From positions 1,605,642 through 1,669,641 of the forward strand of contig JBLWFJ010000001.1 in NCBI GenBank assembly GCA_048320885.1: a stretch of 64,000 nucleotides of DNA. The letters run 5' to 3'. Below, one piece after another: positions 1 to 9,411 of the stretch. The position numbers and the translations under genes are program-made. Source of the DNA: Nannocystaceae bacterium ST9 (GTDB lineage Bacteria > Myxococcota_A > Polyangia > Nannocystales > Nannocystaceae). The notes under the pieces were generated by a model that saw only the letters and a list, made by a program, of their open reading frames with translations, did not search any database and was not told the DNA's origin. Every line of letters starts with the position of its first letter. Position 1 is the stretch's first letter.

Positions 1-748
1 CGCCTGGAGCTCGGCGCGAGCGATCTCCACGCGAGGACGACGGTAGGACACGGCGAGATCGCGGGTCGTCGCGTAGGCGCGGGCGCTGGGATCGAGCGGG
101 CGAAGCTCGAGCGCGAGGTCGACGCTGGGATGGCGCAGCACGAGCTGGACGCCTCGATGAGCGGGATCCAGCTGCACGCCGGCGAGGACCCACCCCGGCG
201 GGAGCGTCGGGAGTGCGCCCGCGAACCATGCGTCGAGCACTCGCGCAGCCGAGTCGGTGGGCTCGGGCTCGGGCGCGGGCGGTGGTGCGGCGACGGGCGA
301 GCGCGGCTCGGGCCACGACGGGCCCGCGTGGCCGCTCAGGTCCACGACGCGAAGCGGCGGACCTTCGCTCGCCGAGGTCCACCCGGCCCGGGCTCGCGCC
401 GCGACTTCGAAGAAAGTCGCCGGCTCGAACACCGCGTCGAAGTAGCGATCTTCGACCCGCGAGGGCCCCTCGGCGAGTCTCGCGAGCACGGCACCGTCGG
501 GGATCGAGCGGCGCAGCGCGAGGATCGAGCCCTCGTCGAGCCGGCCGACGACGCCGACGAGATCGGGGCCGAGCTCGTCGAGGAGCTCGCGCAGCTGGGT
601 GCCCTCGCCGTGCCCGCGGACCAGCGCGACGGCGGCCCCGATCCCTCGCAGCCGCTCGGCCAGCCGCTCGAGCCGGCCCGAGTCTCGCTCGTCGACGCTC
701 GAGAGATCGAGGATCGCGATCGACTCGGCGCGCGCGCGGATCTGCATC
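1..748 (-). CDS. Hypothetical protein, partial (C-terminus beyond the left window edge)
   Basis: Minus-strand frame from ATG at 748..746 (MQIRARAESIAILDLSS...) stays open to position 1 with near-uniform G/C at codon third positions. The overlapping plus-strand ORF 130..957 is R/D/E-rich and looks like an antisense artefact. The start lies 27 bp downstream of the upstream gene's stop at 776. Confidence 0.5.
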
Positions 749-775
749 GTCGTCGCAGGGTACACCAGCGAGCGC

Positions 776-2152
776 TCAGTGGTTCGATGGATCCGGGGTC
801 GGCAAGCTCGCGCGGGCTCGCTCGATCCACGCGTCGACCTGCGCGCCGGGGTCGTCGTGATCGGCTCGCAAGGCGTCGCGCAGCGCCTCGCCGGCGCCCT
901 GAAGCTCACCACTCGCGACCTCGGCGTCGTAGTAGACGTGCAGGTCGCCGACGCTGAAGGGGCCCTCGGGCGCGCTGCCGGCCGGGCCCGAGAAGCCGAA
1001 GCTCGCCCGATCGGATCCGCGAGCGACGTGCACGCGCGCGTCGGACCTGGCGATCTCGATCGACTCGATCTCCCACGCGTCGAGGCGATCGCCGACGCGC
1101 AGCGGGCCGAGCCGATCGACGGTGTTGCCGGGGCCGCGATCGTGATCGCCACCCCGATCGGCGTGGTCGGGCGGAGGGTCGTGTCGGCCCGGGTCGCTCT
1201 GCGGCAGCTCGTGCGGCGTCGGCACGACCCAGGCCACGCCGATCAGCAAGACAGTGACCCCGCCGAGCAAGGCCAGCTCGCCGCCCGCGACCGGCGGGTC
1301 GTCGAGCTCGCGCGACGCGGGCTCCGAGGGCCGCGAAGCGCCGCGCCGGCGCGCGACGATCCGCGCCCACGGGTAGCTCCACGCCAGCAACAGGACCGTC
1401 GCCTCGATGTAGATCAGGTTCAGGAACACCAGGGTGCCGAGGTGAAAGCCGATCAGCAGCGTGCCCCAGACCATGCGCATGCGCGGCCCGACCAGATACG
1501 CGAGCGCCCCGACCTGCACGATCACCGTGACCACCCCGAAGCCCGCCGCGACGCTCGAGTCGAGCGCGACGAAGCGGGTGAGCGCGCCGATCGGCGAGGC
1601 GTCGTCGATCGGGTGGTGCGAGAGGATGTGGGCCTGCATCGAGTGGACCTCGAAGAGCCCGCCGGCGAGCAGCTTCTGTAGGCCGGCGTCGAAGTAGGTC
1701 GCGGCCAGGGCCGCGGCGGCGCCCGCCTCGGCCAAGCGCTCGCTGCGAGCCTGATCGGCCCCGCGCAGCCTGCCGTAGACGAGCCCGATCAACCAGCCGG
1801 TCAAGGCCGCGCCGACGCTGTAGTAGCGGCGGTGATGCGAGCCAAGCCAGGCCCCGAGCACCTCGACCAGCAGGGCCATCGCGATCAGCAGCAGCGCGAG
1901 AAACCAGGGCTCGGAGCGCTTGCCGCGAGCGAAGCCGATCACGCCGATCGTCGCGACCGCGAGCAGCACGACCACCGGCCAGGTCCGGTCGACGATCGTG
2001 AACAACCACGCGGGCGTCCACGCCACCCGCACGTCCGGGGCCGGCTGAACCAGCAAGATCAGCAGCACCGCGAGCAGGTCGAAGACCGTGACCCCGACCA
2101 GCACCCAGCGCAGGCCCGCGCGAGCGCCCTCGCCGTGAACCGAGGCGCTCAT
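776..2152 (-). CDS. Polytopic integral membrane protein (possibly HTTM-like), N-terminal TM bundle plus C-terminal soluble domain
   Basis: High-GC3 frame with several hydrophobic helices (LVGVTVFDLLAVLLILLV, VVVLLAVATIGVIGF, FLALLLIAMALLVEVLGAWLG...). The start is chosen at the internal ATG (MSASVHGEG), which overlaps the stop of the upstream 139-aa ORF. The first 61 codons of the listed ORF are R-rich junk. Confidence 0.55.
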   Translation of the reverse strand: MSASVHGEGARAGLRWVLVGVTVFDLLAVLLILLVQPAPDVRVAWTPAWLFTIVDRTWPVVVLLAVATIGVIGFARGKRSEPWFLALLLIAMALLVEVLGAWLGSHHRRYYSVGAALTGWLIGLVYGRLRGADQARSERLAEAGAAAALAATYFDAGLQKLLAGGLFEVHSMQAHILSHHPIDDASPIGALTRFVALDSSVAAGFGVVTVIVQVGALAYLVGPRMRMVWGTLLIGFHLGTLVFLNLIYIEATVLLLAWSYPWARIVARRRGASRPSEPASRELDDPPVAGGELALLGGVTVLLIGVAWVVPTPHELPQSDPGRHDPPPDHADRGGDHDRGPGNTVDRLGPLRVGDRLDAWEIESIEIARSDARVHVARGSDRASFGFSGPAGSAPEGPFSVGDLHVYYDAEVASGELQGAGEALRDALRADHDDPGAQVDAWIERARASLPTPDPSNH

Positions 2153-2568
2153 CGCCGCACCGCCCTGCAGCGAGCCACGAAGCAGTCGAGCTCGACCCGC
2201 TCGGGCCGATCGAGTCGCCACACGTGGATCACCAGCTCGACCGGCTCGCCGCCCTCGCCGGCGTTCGCTCGCATGTAGTCGAGCGACTCCTGCACGAGGT
2301 AGCCGGTCGCGTGTCCGAGCTCGCCGTCGGGACACATCGCCATCTCGACCTTCGCCGCCTCGAGCTCGCCCTCGCAGGCCCAGTCGACGTAGCGCTCGAT
2401 CTCGTGGTGCTCGCCCGCGCCATCTCGGACGATCAACCGGGCGCCGGAGGTCGGCGCCGCCTCGGAGAACATCGGGAAGGTCGAGAAGGGGAACGCGTTG
2501 GTCACACCGAACGCCGCGCCGACGTAGCCGGCGAACACGACGAGGGAGAGCGCCAAGGTCTCGCGCAT
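2149..2568 (-). CDS. Small secreted or membrane-anchored hypothetical protein
   Basis: N-terminal hydrophobic signal-like segment (MRETLALSLVVFAGYVGAAFG). Good GC3. Stop overlaps the start of the downstream membrane-protein gene, suggesting an operon. Confidence 0.5.
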   Translation of the reverse strand: MRETLALSLVVFAGYVGAAFGVTNAFPFSTFPMFSEAAPTSGARLIVRDGAGEHHEIERYVDWACEGELEAAKVEMAMCPDGELGHATGYLVQESLDYMRANAGEGGEPVELVIHVWRLDRPERVELDCFVARCRAVRR

Positions 2569-2592
2569 CGGCGCGACTATACCTCGGCGCGA

Positions 2593-3504
2593 CTACGCGT
2601 CGCCGAACTCGAACGCCGAGACCTGCACGCCCATGACCCGATCCTGAAACACCCGCCGACCCGACTCGCCGGCGGCCGCCCCCGCGGCGACCATCAGCGG
2701 GAGCAGGTGCTCTTCTCGCGGGTGGCAGCGGCGTCCGGCCGGCGCTCGCTCCCAGTCGGTCAGCGCCGCGTCACGACCGGAAGCATCGCCGCACGCCTCG
2801 GCCAGCCAGCCGTCGAATTGCTGCGAGAGCCCGAGCGAGGCCGGCCGACCGAAGCCACGCATGTCGTGGTAGCTCATGCCACTGCCGATGATCAGCACGC
2901 CCTCGTCGCGCAGCGGTGCGAGGGCCCGGCCGATCGCGAGGTGCTGGGCGGGATCGAGGCCAGCGACCAGCGAGAGCTGCAAGGTCGGGATCGTCGGCTC
3001 CGGGTAGGCGACCTTGAGCGGGACGAACACGCCGTGATCGAAGCCGCGCTGGCGCTCCTCGGCGCTGGCGAGCCCCGCCTCGCCGAGCAGACCTCGCACC
3101 CGGCTCGCCAGCTCGGGCGCGCCGGGTGCCGGCCACTCGAGCTGGTAGGTGTGCGGCGGAAACCCGTAGTAGTCGAAGAGCAGATCGGGCTGGGCCTGCG
3201 CGAGCACGGTCGCGACCGGCTGCTCCCAGTGGGCCGACACGACCAGCAGCGCGCGTGGATCGGCGTGCTCGCGGCCGACCGAGCGCAGCCACTCGGCCAT
3301 CGCGTTCCAGGTGTCGGCCGGACCCATCGTCCAGTCCATGAAGAAGCAGGGGCCGCCGCCGTGCGGGATGTACAAGGTCGGCTGGCGCTTGGTGGACGAC
3401 GACGAGGTGGTCATGTCGGAGGGTCCAGGGACCATGCAGCCTGCGAGCGTGGCCGTGCCGGCGGCGAGCATCGTGCGTCGCGAGTAGCCTTCGGCCGCGC
3501 TCAT
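2593..3504 (-). CDS. Extradiol ring-cleavage dioxygenase, class III / DODA (YgiD)-like, Tat-lipoprotein
   Basis: Motifs HGGGPCFF, SAHW, DHGVFVPL, IGSGMSYH are typical of 4,5-DOPA-dioxygenase/LigB-family enzymes. N-terminus RRTMLAAGTATLAGC is a twin-arginine signal with a lipobox. Confidence 0.8.
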   Translation of the reverse strand: MSAAEGYSRRTMLAAGTATLAGCMVPGPSDMTTSSSSTKRQPTLYIPHGGGPCFFMDWTMGPADTWNAMAEWLRSVGREHADPRALLVVSAHWEQPVATVLAQAQPDLLFDYYGFPPHTYQLEWPAPGAPELASRVRGLLGEAGLASAEERQRGFDHGVFVPLKVAYPEPTIPTLQLSLVAGLDPAQHLAIGRALAPLRDEGVLIIGSGMSYHDMRGFGRPASLGLSQQFDGWLAEACGDASGRDAALTDWERAPAGRRCHPREEHLLPLMVAAGAAAGESGRRVFQDRVMGVQVSAFEFGDA

Positions 3505-3580
3505 GGCTCGACCAGCGTGAGCCCGGACGTGTCACCGCGCAAGTCGAGACCGCCGATCGAGGCCGGCGCGGCCGGCTCGC

Positions 3581-4165
3581 TCAGCCCGAGACTCGATCGA
3601 ATTCGAGACGTCCGTCAGTCAGCGAGGGGAGCGTGAGCCGCGAAGGATCCCGCTCGACGAAACTCGCCGTCGCGCTGCGAATCGCAGCCCGTTCGTCGTC
3701 ACCGTACTCCCGTTCGTAGACGTCCTTCCACGTGGGTCGGGCGTCGCTGCCCTTCGGCCCGCGCGCCTCGTCGACCCCGGGATGCGCGAGCAGGCAGAGC
3801 AGCCAATTCTCGATGGCCCACGTGGGTATCGGCGTGGCCACTCGCTCACCAGGCAGCCGCGCCGACATGTGTCGGTTGCGAAGCGATTCATCCAACTGCT
3901 CTTTGCGCTTCCGATCGCCCTCGCCGTCGCCATCCACGATCGCGACCAAAGCCAAGTCGTGCTGATAGTTGGCGGCGCGCAGCGCCTTGACCTCGTCGGG
4001 ATAGTTGGCGAGCACCCACGCCGCCGCCGATCCCTTCCCCGCCGGAGCAGGCTTGGACCGAATGCGGCGAGCGTCGAACCCCTGGGCCACCAAGACGGCC
4101 CTCGCAAATCGCTCGGTCCGCGAGTCTTCGACCAAGAGGGTCACCCGGATGTTGCGATTACTCAT
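3581..4165 (-). CDS. Small TOPRIM-like protein (RloB/DUF4435-like), partner of the upstream ATPase
   Basis: Starts at internal ATG (MSNRNIRVTLLVEDSRTE). The ATG overlaps the ATPase stop in the sequence ATGAGTAA. It has a conserved acidic residue in LLVEDS and a DxD-like motif in IVDGDGEG, as in TOPRIM folds. Codon usage is atypical for this genome. Confidence 0.6.
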   Translation of the reverse strand: MSNRNIRVTLLVEDSRTERFARAVLVAQGFDARRIRSKPAPAGKGSAAAWVLANYPDEVKALRAANYQHDLALVAIVDGDGEGDRKRKEQLDESLRNRHMSARLPGERVATPIPTWAIENWLLCLLAHPGVDEARGPKGSDARPTWKDVYEREYGDDERAAIRSATASFVERDPSRLTLPSLTDGRLEFDRVSG

Positions 4166-5267
4166 TGTTCGAGAGCCCGCGGGCGATCTGTTCGGAGGGC
4201 GCGAGGCCGGACTCGCGGTCGAAGTCGGCCGGGCGAACTCGCGTGGGGCCACCATCGACGCGCGTGAACGAGAATGGCTGACTCGCCGCCATGTAATTGA
4301 CGACCTCTGGATGATGAGAGATCACGAACACCTGGCCGTGAGTCTGAAATGTGTCGCACAAGTTCACCAGCCAGGGCTGAATCTCGAGCAGACCGACATG
4401 GGCCTCCGGCTCGTCGAGCATCAAGCAGCCGTCTCGTGGGGTGGTCCCCTGAATCAACGAATACAGGACGATCAGCGCCCGCTGACCATCGGAGAGTTCG
4501 TCGAAGTCGACTTCGTACGTGACCCCGGATGTCTTCATGACCACGGTGAGATCGCGGTTTCGGCCATGCCGCCCCGAGCTGACCAACTTCAGGGATTGAA
4601 AGCCGTCGACTGCCGGTCGCAAGGCCCCCCAGAGCGGTTCCAACAGCTCGGGGTTCTCCTGAGAGAGATGCCGATACCAGGACGCGAAATTCTCCCCATT
4701 GCGATCGAGCGTCGTGTCCTCTCCAATGCTCGAGCTCTCGATGTTGCGCGCGTCCAGCCGAATCGACCAAACCTTGCGGATGAAGTCCCGCCATTGAATC
4801 AGATCGCGGGTCTCTTCCCGGACGTCGATGGACGCGAGAAACGATCGATTGCCACGAAATGCGAACGAGACCCCCTTGGTCCCATCGTTCCGGTGGAGGT
4901 GAACCTGCTCGTCCTCGAATGCGAACAATGTCTTCCCGTCGCGTACGACCTTCTCGCTCTCGATCATCGATCGCTCGGCGAGCACGTCGTGGCGAATCAC
5001 CAGTGTATAATGATAAAGGCCGCCGTCGATCTCGCACTCGAGCTCGATCCGCTGGCTCTCGCGCTTGTCCCAGCGGGTCCGGCTGCTGCTCGGAAATACC
5101 TCGTTCACGTCCATCTCGAAGGCCACGAGATCGACGACTGCTTCGACCGCGTCGAAGAGCGACGACTTGCCGGCGCCGTTGCTGCCGAGCAGGAGGTTGA
5201 TGCGTCCCGGCGCGAACTCGAAGTTCGTGAAGCAGCGGTAGTTGTCGATGGCGATGCGCTTGAACAC
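4158..5267 (-). CDS. ABC-type AAA ATPase (AAA_21/AAA_15-like, OLD/AbiL/PARIS-AriA-like)
   Basis: Walker A GSNGAGKSS, ABC signature-like LSDGQRALIVL, Walker B CLMLDEPEAHVG, H-loop ISHH. Many AT-ending codons (tat, cat, aca, att, ttt, caa, aat), unlike the genome's usual G/C-ending bias. Confidence 0.8.
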   Translation of the reverse strand: MFKRIAIDNYRCFTNFEFAPGRINLLLGSNGAGKSSLFDAVEAVVDLVAFEMDVNEVFPSSSRTRWDKRESQRIELECEIDGGLYHYTLVIRHDVLAERSMIESEKVVRDGKTLFAFEDEQVHLHRNDGTKGVSFAFRGNRSFLASIDVREETRDLIQWRDFIRKVWSIRLDARNIESSSIGEDTTLDRNGENFASWYRHLSQENPELLEPLWGALRPAVDGFQSLKLVSSGRHGRNRDLTVVMKTSGVTYEVDFDELSDGQRALIVLYSLIQGTTPRDGCLMLDEPEAHVGLLEIQPWLVNLCDTFQTHGQVFVISHHPEVVNYMAASQPFSFTRVDGGPTRVRPADFDRESGLAPSEQIARGLSNNE

Positions 5268-5322
5268 GGATCGATGCTCGCGCGAGAGTGTCGCGCGACC
5301 TCACGCGAAGCGCAAGCCTCGC

Positions 5323-6195
5323 TCAGCCCCAGCGGACCGGCAGGCCGTCGGTCAGCACGAAATCGTCGAAGTGCTTCTGCGCGGCGATCATCACGTTGAC
5401 CACGTCGCCGACGCTGGCGTCGTCGCCGACGTCGATGATCAGCGCGCCCTTGTTCGGCCACGCCTTCTTGATCTTGGTCAGCTCGGCCGCGAGCGCCTTC
5501 CAGCCGGTGCCCGACACCTCGGGGGCGAAGCGTGGGTGCGCGGCCTCGATCGTGAAGGTCTCGCCGGCGCCGAGCTTGACCCGCAGGCCGAGCACGTTGT
5601 CGCCGGGCGAGACTCGCAGGCCGCCGGGCGGCAGCAGATAGAAGGGCCGGGTTCGCAGGCCCGCGTTGCCGCCATTGATCAGCAGGGCGAGGTTGGGCGC
5701 GAGCCCGCCGGGCCGGCTCTCGGCGGCTGCGTAGGCCAGCTCGAGCACGGTGTGGGCCGGCACGCTGGCCTCGGCGCCGATCATCACGCGCGTCGGCAGC
5801 TCGATGTCGTAGGTCTGGTTCTCCTCCGAGAGCTGCAACCAGGCGTTGCGGAACCCGTTCCAGACCAGCTCCTTGCAGCCGCTCTTGCACTCGCGCGAGG
5901 CCGGCCCGGCCGGCAGCGCGCCGGCTTGCAGGTCCGCGATCTTCTGGTCGAAGATCGAGAATTGCTGGGGCGAGACGATCGCGTACATGCCCGGCTCGAC
6001 CGGCGCGCCGTTGGCCACCGGCAGCAGCTCGGAGCCGAAGATCGCGTTGATCTGGGTGAGGATCACGGTGTCGAGGCCCTGCAGGACCTCGGTCTGCGCC
6101 GGGGCGGCCGCGAGCGAGTCGGCGAGGCCATCCGATCCAGGGCCGACCAGCAGCGCGCCGATCAGGGGAATGCTCGACAAGACGTGCATGGCCAT
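5323..6195 (-). CDS. Secreted hypothetical protein with ExbD/TolR-like C-terminal motif
   Basis: Signal peptide MAMHVLSSIPLIGALLVG. C-terminal ALIIDVGDDASVGDVVNVMIAAQKHF resembles the ExbD/TolR periplasmic segment. Native high GC3. Lies 4 bp downstream of the lipoprotein gene. Confidence 0.5.
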   Translation of the reverse strand: MAMHVLSSIPLIGALLVGPGSDGLADSLAAAPAQTEVLQGLDTVILTQINAIFGSELLPVANGAPVEPGMYAIVSPQQFSIFDQKIADLQAGALPAGPASRECKSGCKELVWNGFRNAWLQLSEENQTYDIELPTRVMIGAEASVPAHTVLELAYAAAESRPGGLAPNLALLINGGNAGLRTRPFYLLPPGGLRVSPGDNVLGLRVKLGAGETFTIEAAHPRFAPEVSGTGWKALAAELTKIKKAWPNKGALIIDVGDDASVGDVVNVMIAAQKHFDDFVLTDGLPVRWG

Positions 6196-6199
6196 GCGC

Positions 6200-6994
6200 T
6201 CAGAACTCCTCGATGGCGACGGGGACCCAGGTGCTGTCGACGGTGCCTTCGCGGACGACCCCCAGCGAGGTCGAGCTGCCCATCGTGCGGCTGCGAATGC
6301 GGCCCTCGATCTGCTCTTCACTCGGCTCGGCGCCGCCCAGCCAGATCGGCAGCGTGGTCAGCATGCCGACCACGACCTGCCGCTCGTCCTCTTTGGTCTG
6401 CTTGGCGGTCGCGATCCAGACCTCGTAGGGATCGCCCTCGCAGACCACGTGAACCAGCCAACCTTCGTCGAGGCCCTTGGTCGCCTCCTTGGCCAGGCCC
6501 TCGACCACGCCCTGCATGTCGCTGCGCCACAGCCCGAGCGAGGTCAGCCGGGTCTCGACCCGCTTGACCAGGGTCGGCAGCAGCTCGTCGACCGGCGCGG
6601 CCGCGTCGGGCCGACACTCGGCCCCGCGCAGCGGCTCGCGGTAGCGAGCGGCCAGCTCGACGAAGCGATCCTGCACCGCATAGGGATCGCGGTGATGCTC
6701 GAGCTCGCGGCGCAGCGCCTGCAAGAGCGAGGTCGGCGAGCCGGTGCCCATCCAGTGCAGCAGCGCGAACGCGTCCCACGAGCCGTGCTTGTCGTCGGGC
6801 TGCACGCAGCCGCCACCGTCCGACTCCACGCAGTGGACGAACGAGAGCGCCGCGCGGCGAGCCGGCTCGGCCGGACCGACGGTCTGAGCCTCGGTCGTCT
6901 TGGTCTTGCAGCCTGCGAGCGAGGCACACGCGACCAGCAACATGCCGAAGGCCGAGCCGAGAGAGGTTCGAGTTAGCGAGGCGCCACTGTTCAT
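6200..6994 (-). CDS. Hypothetical lipoprotein
   Basis: Start MNSGASLTRTSLGSAFGMLLVACASLAGC carries a lipobox (LAGC). High GC3. The upstream portion of the listed 546-aa ORF is junk. Confidence 0.6.
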   Translation of the reverse strand: MNSGASLTRTSLGSAFGMLLVACASLAGCKTKTTEAQTVGPAEPARRAALSFVHCVESDGGGCVQPDDKHGSWDAFALLHWMGTGSPTSLLQALRRELEHHRDPYAVQDRFVELAARYREPLRGAECRPDAAAPVDELLPTLVKRVETRLTSLGLWRSDMQGVVEGLAKEATKGLDEGWLVHVVCEGDPYEVWIATAKQTKEDERQVVVGMLTTLPIWLGGAEPSEEQIEGRIRSRTMGSSTSLGVVREGTVDSTWVPVAIEEF

Positions 6995-7129
6995 GCGTGC
7001 TCCCACCCACCGAGGGGTCTTCACGCTCGGGAGTAACAGCGAGAGATCGCCGGCCGCAACAAATCGGCGCTGGCGATCCGCCGATCGACTTGCGTCGAAA
7101 ACTCGGTCGACTCGGGCTCGCCCGCCAGC

Positions 7130-8068
7130 ATGCGTCCCGTGCCCGCCAACAAGCACACCGTCCTCGCCCCGCCCTCGGAGCCTCGCTCGACCCTCTTGCC
7201 CGCCGCCCGGCCCGCCCGAGTCACGAGCGCGCAAGCGAGCCCCGCTTCGGTCGGCGCCGGACCCCAGCCGACCGACTGGTGGCGCTCGCCCGACGGCCGG
7301 GTCCGGCTGATCCACGGCGACAGCATGGAGGTACTCGCGGCCCTGCCCGAGCGCAGCGTCGACGTGATCTTCGCCGACCCGCCCTACTTCTTGAGCAACG
7401 GCGGAACCACCTGCCAAGCCGGCAAGCGAGTCAGCGTCGACAAGGGCGGCTGGGATCGCAGCCGCGGCGCCGAGGACAACCACGAGTTCAACCGCAGCTG
7501 GCTCGAGGCCTGCCAGCGGGTGCTGAGCGACGACGGGACCATCTGGGTCTCGGGCACCGCCCACGTGATCTTCTCGGTCGGCTACGCGATGCAGCAGCTC
7601 GGGTTCAAGCTGCTCAACGACGTGGTCTGGGAGAAGCCCAACCCGCCGCCCAACCTCTCGTGCCGCTACTTCACGCACAGCACCGAGCTGATCTTGTGGG
7701 CCGCCCGCGGGCGCAAGAGCAAGCATCACTTCGACTACGCCGCGATGAAGCAGCGCAACGGCAACAAGCAGATGAAGAACGTCTGGCGCTTCACCGCGCC
7801 GAGCAAGACCGAAAAGCAGCACGGCCGGCACCCGACCCAAAAGCCGCTCGGCCTGCTCGAACAGATCCTGCGCTCGAGCTGCCCGGCGGACGGGCGCGCG
7901 CTCGATCCCTTCAACGGCAGCGGCACGACCGGGGTCGCGGCCGCCAAGCTCGGCCTGCGCTACGTCGGCATCGAGCTCGACCCCGAGTACCTCGCGCTCA
8001 GCAAGCGGCGGCTGCTCGAGGCCGTGCCCGACTGGCAGCTCGAGCCGCGCGTGGCCGCGGTGGGCTGA
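7130..8068 (+). CDS. DNA methyltransferase (N6-adenine/N4-cytosine, N6_N4_Mtase family)
   Basis: DPPY motif (IFADPPYF), HPTQKP motif and a C-terminal SAM-binding FNGSGTTG. No adjacent restriction endonuclease, so it appears solitary. Confidence 0.85.
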   Translation: MRPVPANKHTVLAPPSEPRSTLLPAARPARVTSAQASPASVGAGPQPTDWWRSPDGRVRLIHGDSMEVLAALPERSVDVIFADPPYFLSNGGTTCQAGKRVSVDKGGWDRSRGAEDNHEFNRSWLEACQRVLSDDGTIWVSGTAHVIFSVGYAMQQLGFKLLNDVVWEKPNPPPNLSCRYFTHSTELILWAARGRKSKHHFDYAAMKQRNGNKQMKNVWRFTAPSKTEKQHGRHPTQKPLGLLEQILRSSCPADGRALDPFNGSGTTGVAAAKLGLRYVGIELDPEYLALSKRRLLEAVPDWQLEPRVAAVG

Positions 8069-8070
8069 AC

Positions 8071-8712
8071 GTGGCGACGTCCATCGAGATCGCCGAGCAC
8101 CCGCTGCTGCTGCTGGGTGGATTCGAAGCCGTCTTCCCGGCCCCGCTCGCCGAGCTGACCAGCCCGGCCGAGCTGCGTGCGCTGCTGAGTCTGGCCGCCG
8201 CGAGCCCGCTGCCGCCGACCGACGAGGCCATGCGCAAGCAGGTCCGCGAGCTGCTCCGGCACGGCGGGTTCAAGCCGAGCGGGCGCAGCAAGCCGGCGTC
8301 CGAATTCCTGCTGCGCGCCGCGTCGCAGGGCGAGCTCGGCTCGATCAACCTCGCGGTCGATCTGTGCAACGTCGCCTCGCTGCACTCGGGCCTGCCGATC
8401 AGCGTGGTCGATCGCGATCGCGTCGAGTCGCCGCTGAAGGTCGCGATCGCCGAGCCCGGATCGAGCTACGTGTTCAACGCCTCGGGTCAGACCATCGCCC
8501 TCGACGGCCTGCTCTGCCTGCACGACGCGGCCGGCCCCTGCGCCAACCCGGTCAAGGACAGCCAGCGGAGCAAGACCCACGCGGGCACGATCGCGACGAT
8601 CTGCGTGGTCTGGGGCTGCCGAGCGCTGGCCGAGCGCAGCGCCGCGACGACGAATTGGTATCGAGCGCTGCACGAGCGCTTCGGCGCGCAAGTCCGCGAC
8701 ATCGCCGGCTGA
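8071..8712 (+). CDS. B3/4 domain-containing protein
   Basis: GTG start 3 nt after the MTase stop. The sequence KPSGRSKPASEFLLRAASQGELGSINLAVDLCNVASLHSGLPISVVD is typical of B3/4 (PheT-like) domain proteins. Confidence 0.7.
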   Translation: MATSIEIAEHPLLLLGGFEAVFPAPLAELTSPAELRALLSLAAASPLPPTDEAMRKQVRELLRHGGFKPSGRSKPASEFLLRAASQGELGSINLAVDLCNVASLHSGLPISVVDRDRVESPLKVAIAEPGSSYVFNASGQTIALDGLLCLHDAAGPCANPVKDSQRSKTHAGTIATICVVWGCRALAERSAATTNWYRALHERFGAQVRDIAG

Positions 8713-8744
8713 GCCCGCGGCGAGCGGTGCTAACCTGGGCGCGG

Positions 8745-9404
8745 ATGAACTTCTTCGCCCACGCCCTGATCGCCGCGCGCCGCCGCGAAGAGCCAGCGTG
8801 GATCCTCGGCTCGATGCTGCCCGACCTCGCGAGCATGGCCGGCCTTCGCCTGCACGGCGTCGCCAAGCCCGGCCGCTTCAGCCCGCTGCTCGGCGAGGGC
8901 GTCGACTTCCATCACACCTGCGACGACGCCTTTCACGGCGCGCCGATCTTCGTCGAGCTGATGGACGGTGCCCACGCCGAGCTCGAGGCCCGCGGGCTGG
9001 GCTCGGGTCCGGCGATGGCGATCGGTCACGTCGGCGTCGAGCTGCTGCTCGACGGCTGCCTGGTCGCGCGCCACGGCGTGCCGATCTGCTACCGCGAAGC
9101 GATGGAGTTGGCCTCGATCGCCGGCGAAGATCTGAATTGGCGCGACGACAGCCACGAGCACCCGCAGCGCTGGCAGGCGCTGTGCGGGCGACTCCGCGGC
9201 GCGCCGGTGCCCGAGGCCTACGCCGATCCGGGCTTCGTCGCCGATCGGCTGATCCAGATCCTCGCGCGCCGTCCGATGCTGGCGGTCGAGCCGGGCAACG
9301 AGCCCGAGGTCCACGCCTGGGCCAAGCGCTGGGTGCCGAAGGTCGCCGCGCGCGAGCTGGCGCTGCTCGATCAGGTCGAAGACCGACTCGCTCGCGCACG
9401 CTGA
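8745..9404 (+). CDS. ACP phosphodiesterase-like protein (AcpH/DUF479-like)
   Basis: N-terminus MNFFAHALIA resembles AcpH MNFLAHLHLA. An HxHxxxD-like segment is present (VDFHHTCDD). The listed ORF has a junk R-rich N-terminal extension, so the call uses the internal ATG. Confidence 0.5.
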   Translation: MNFFAHALIAARRREEPAWILGSMLPDLASMAGLRLHGVAKPGRFSPLLGEGVDFHHTCDDAFHGAPIFVELMDGAHAELEARGLGSGPAMAIGHVGVELLLDGCLVARHGVPICYREAMELASIAGEDLNWRDDSHEHPQRWQALCGRLRGAPVPEAYADPGFVADRLIQILARRPMLAVEPGNEPEVHAWAKRWVPKVAARELALLDQVEDRLARAR

Positions 9405-9411
9405 GCCGAGC

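Noticed and set aside
130-2021. Overlapping listed ORFs 130..957(+), 599..1681(+), 906..2021(-), 336..830(-)
   Set aside because: They are Arg/Asp-rich and lack hydrophobic cores. GC3 favours a different minus-strand frame (1..748), and the membrane-protein frame 776..2152.
6200-8712. Long ORFs 6200..7840(-) and 6997..8712(+) as single genes
   Set aside because: Only the 3' portion of each is coding-like (lipoprotein from 6994; B3/4 protein from GTG 8071). The N-terminal parts are antisense to real genes and R/P/G-rich.
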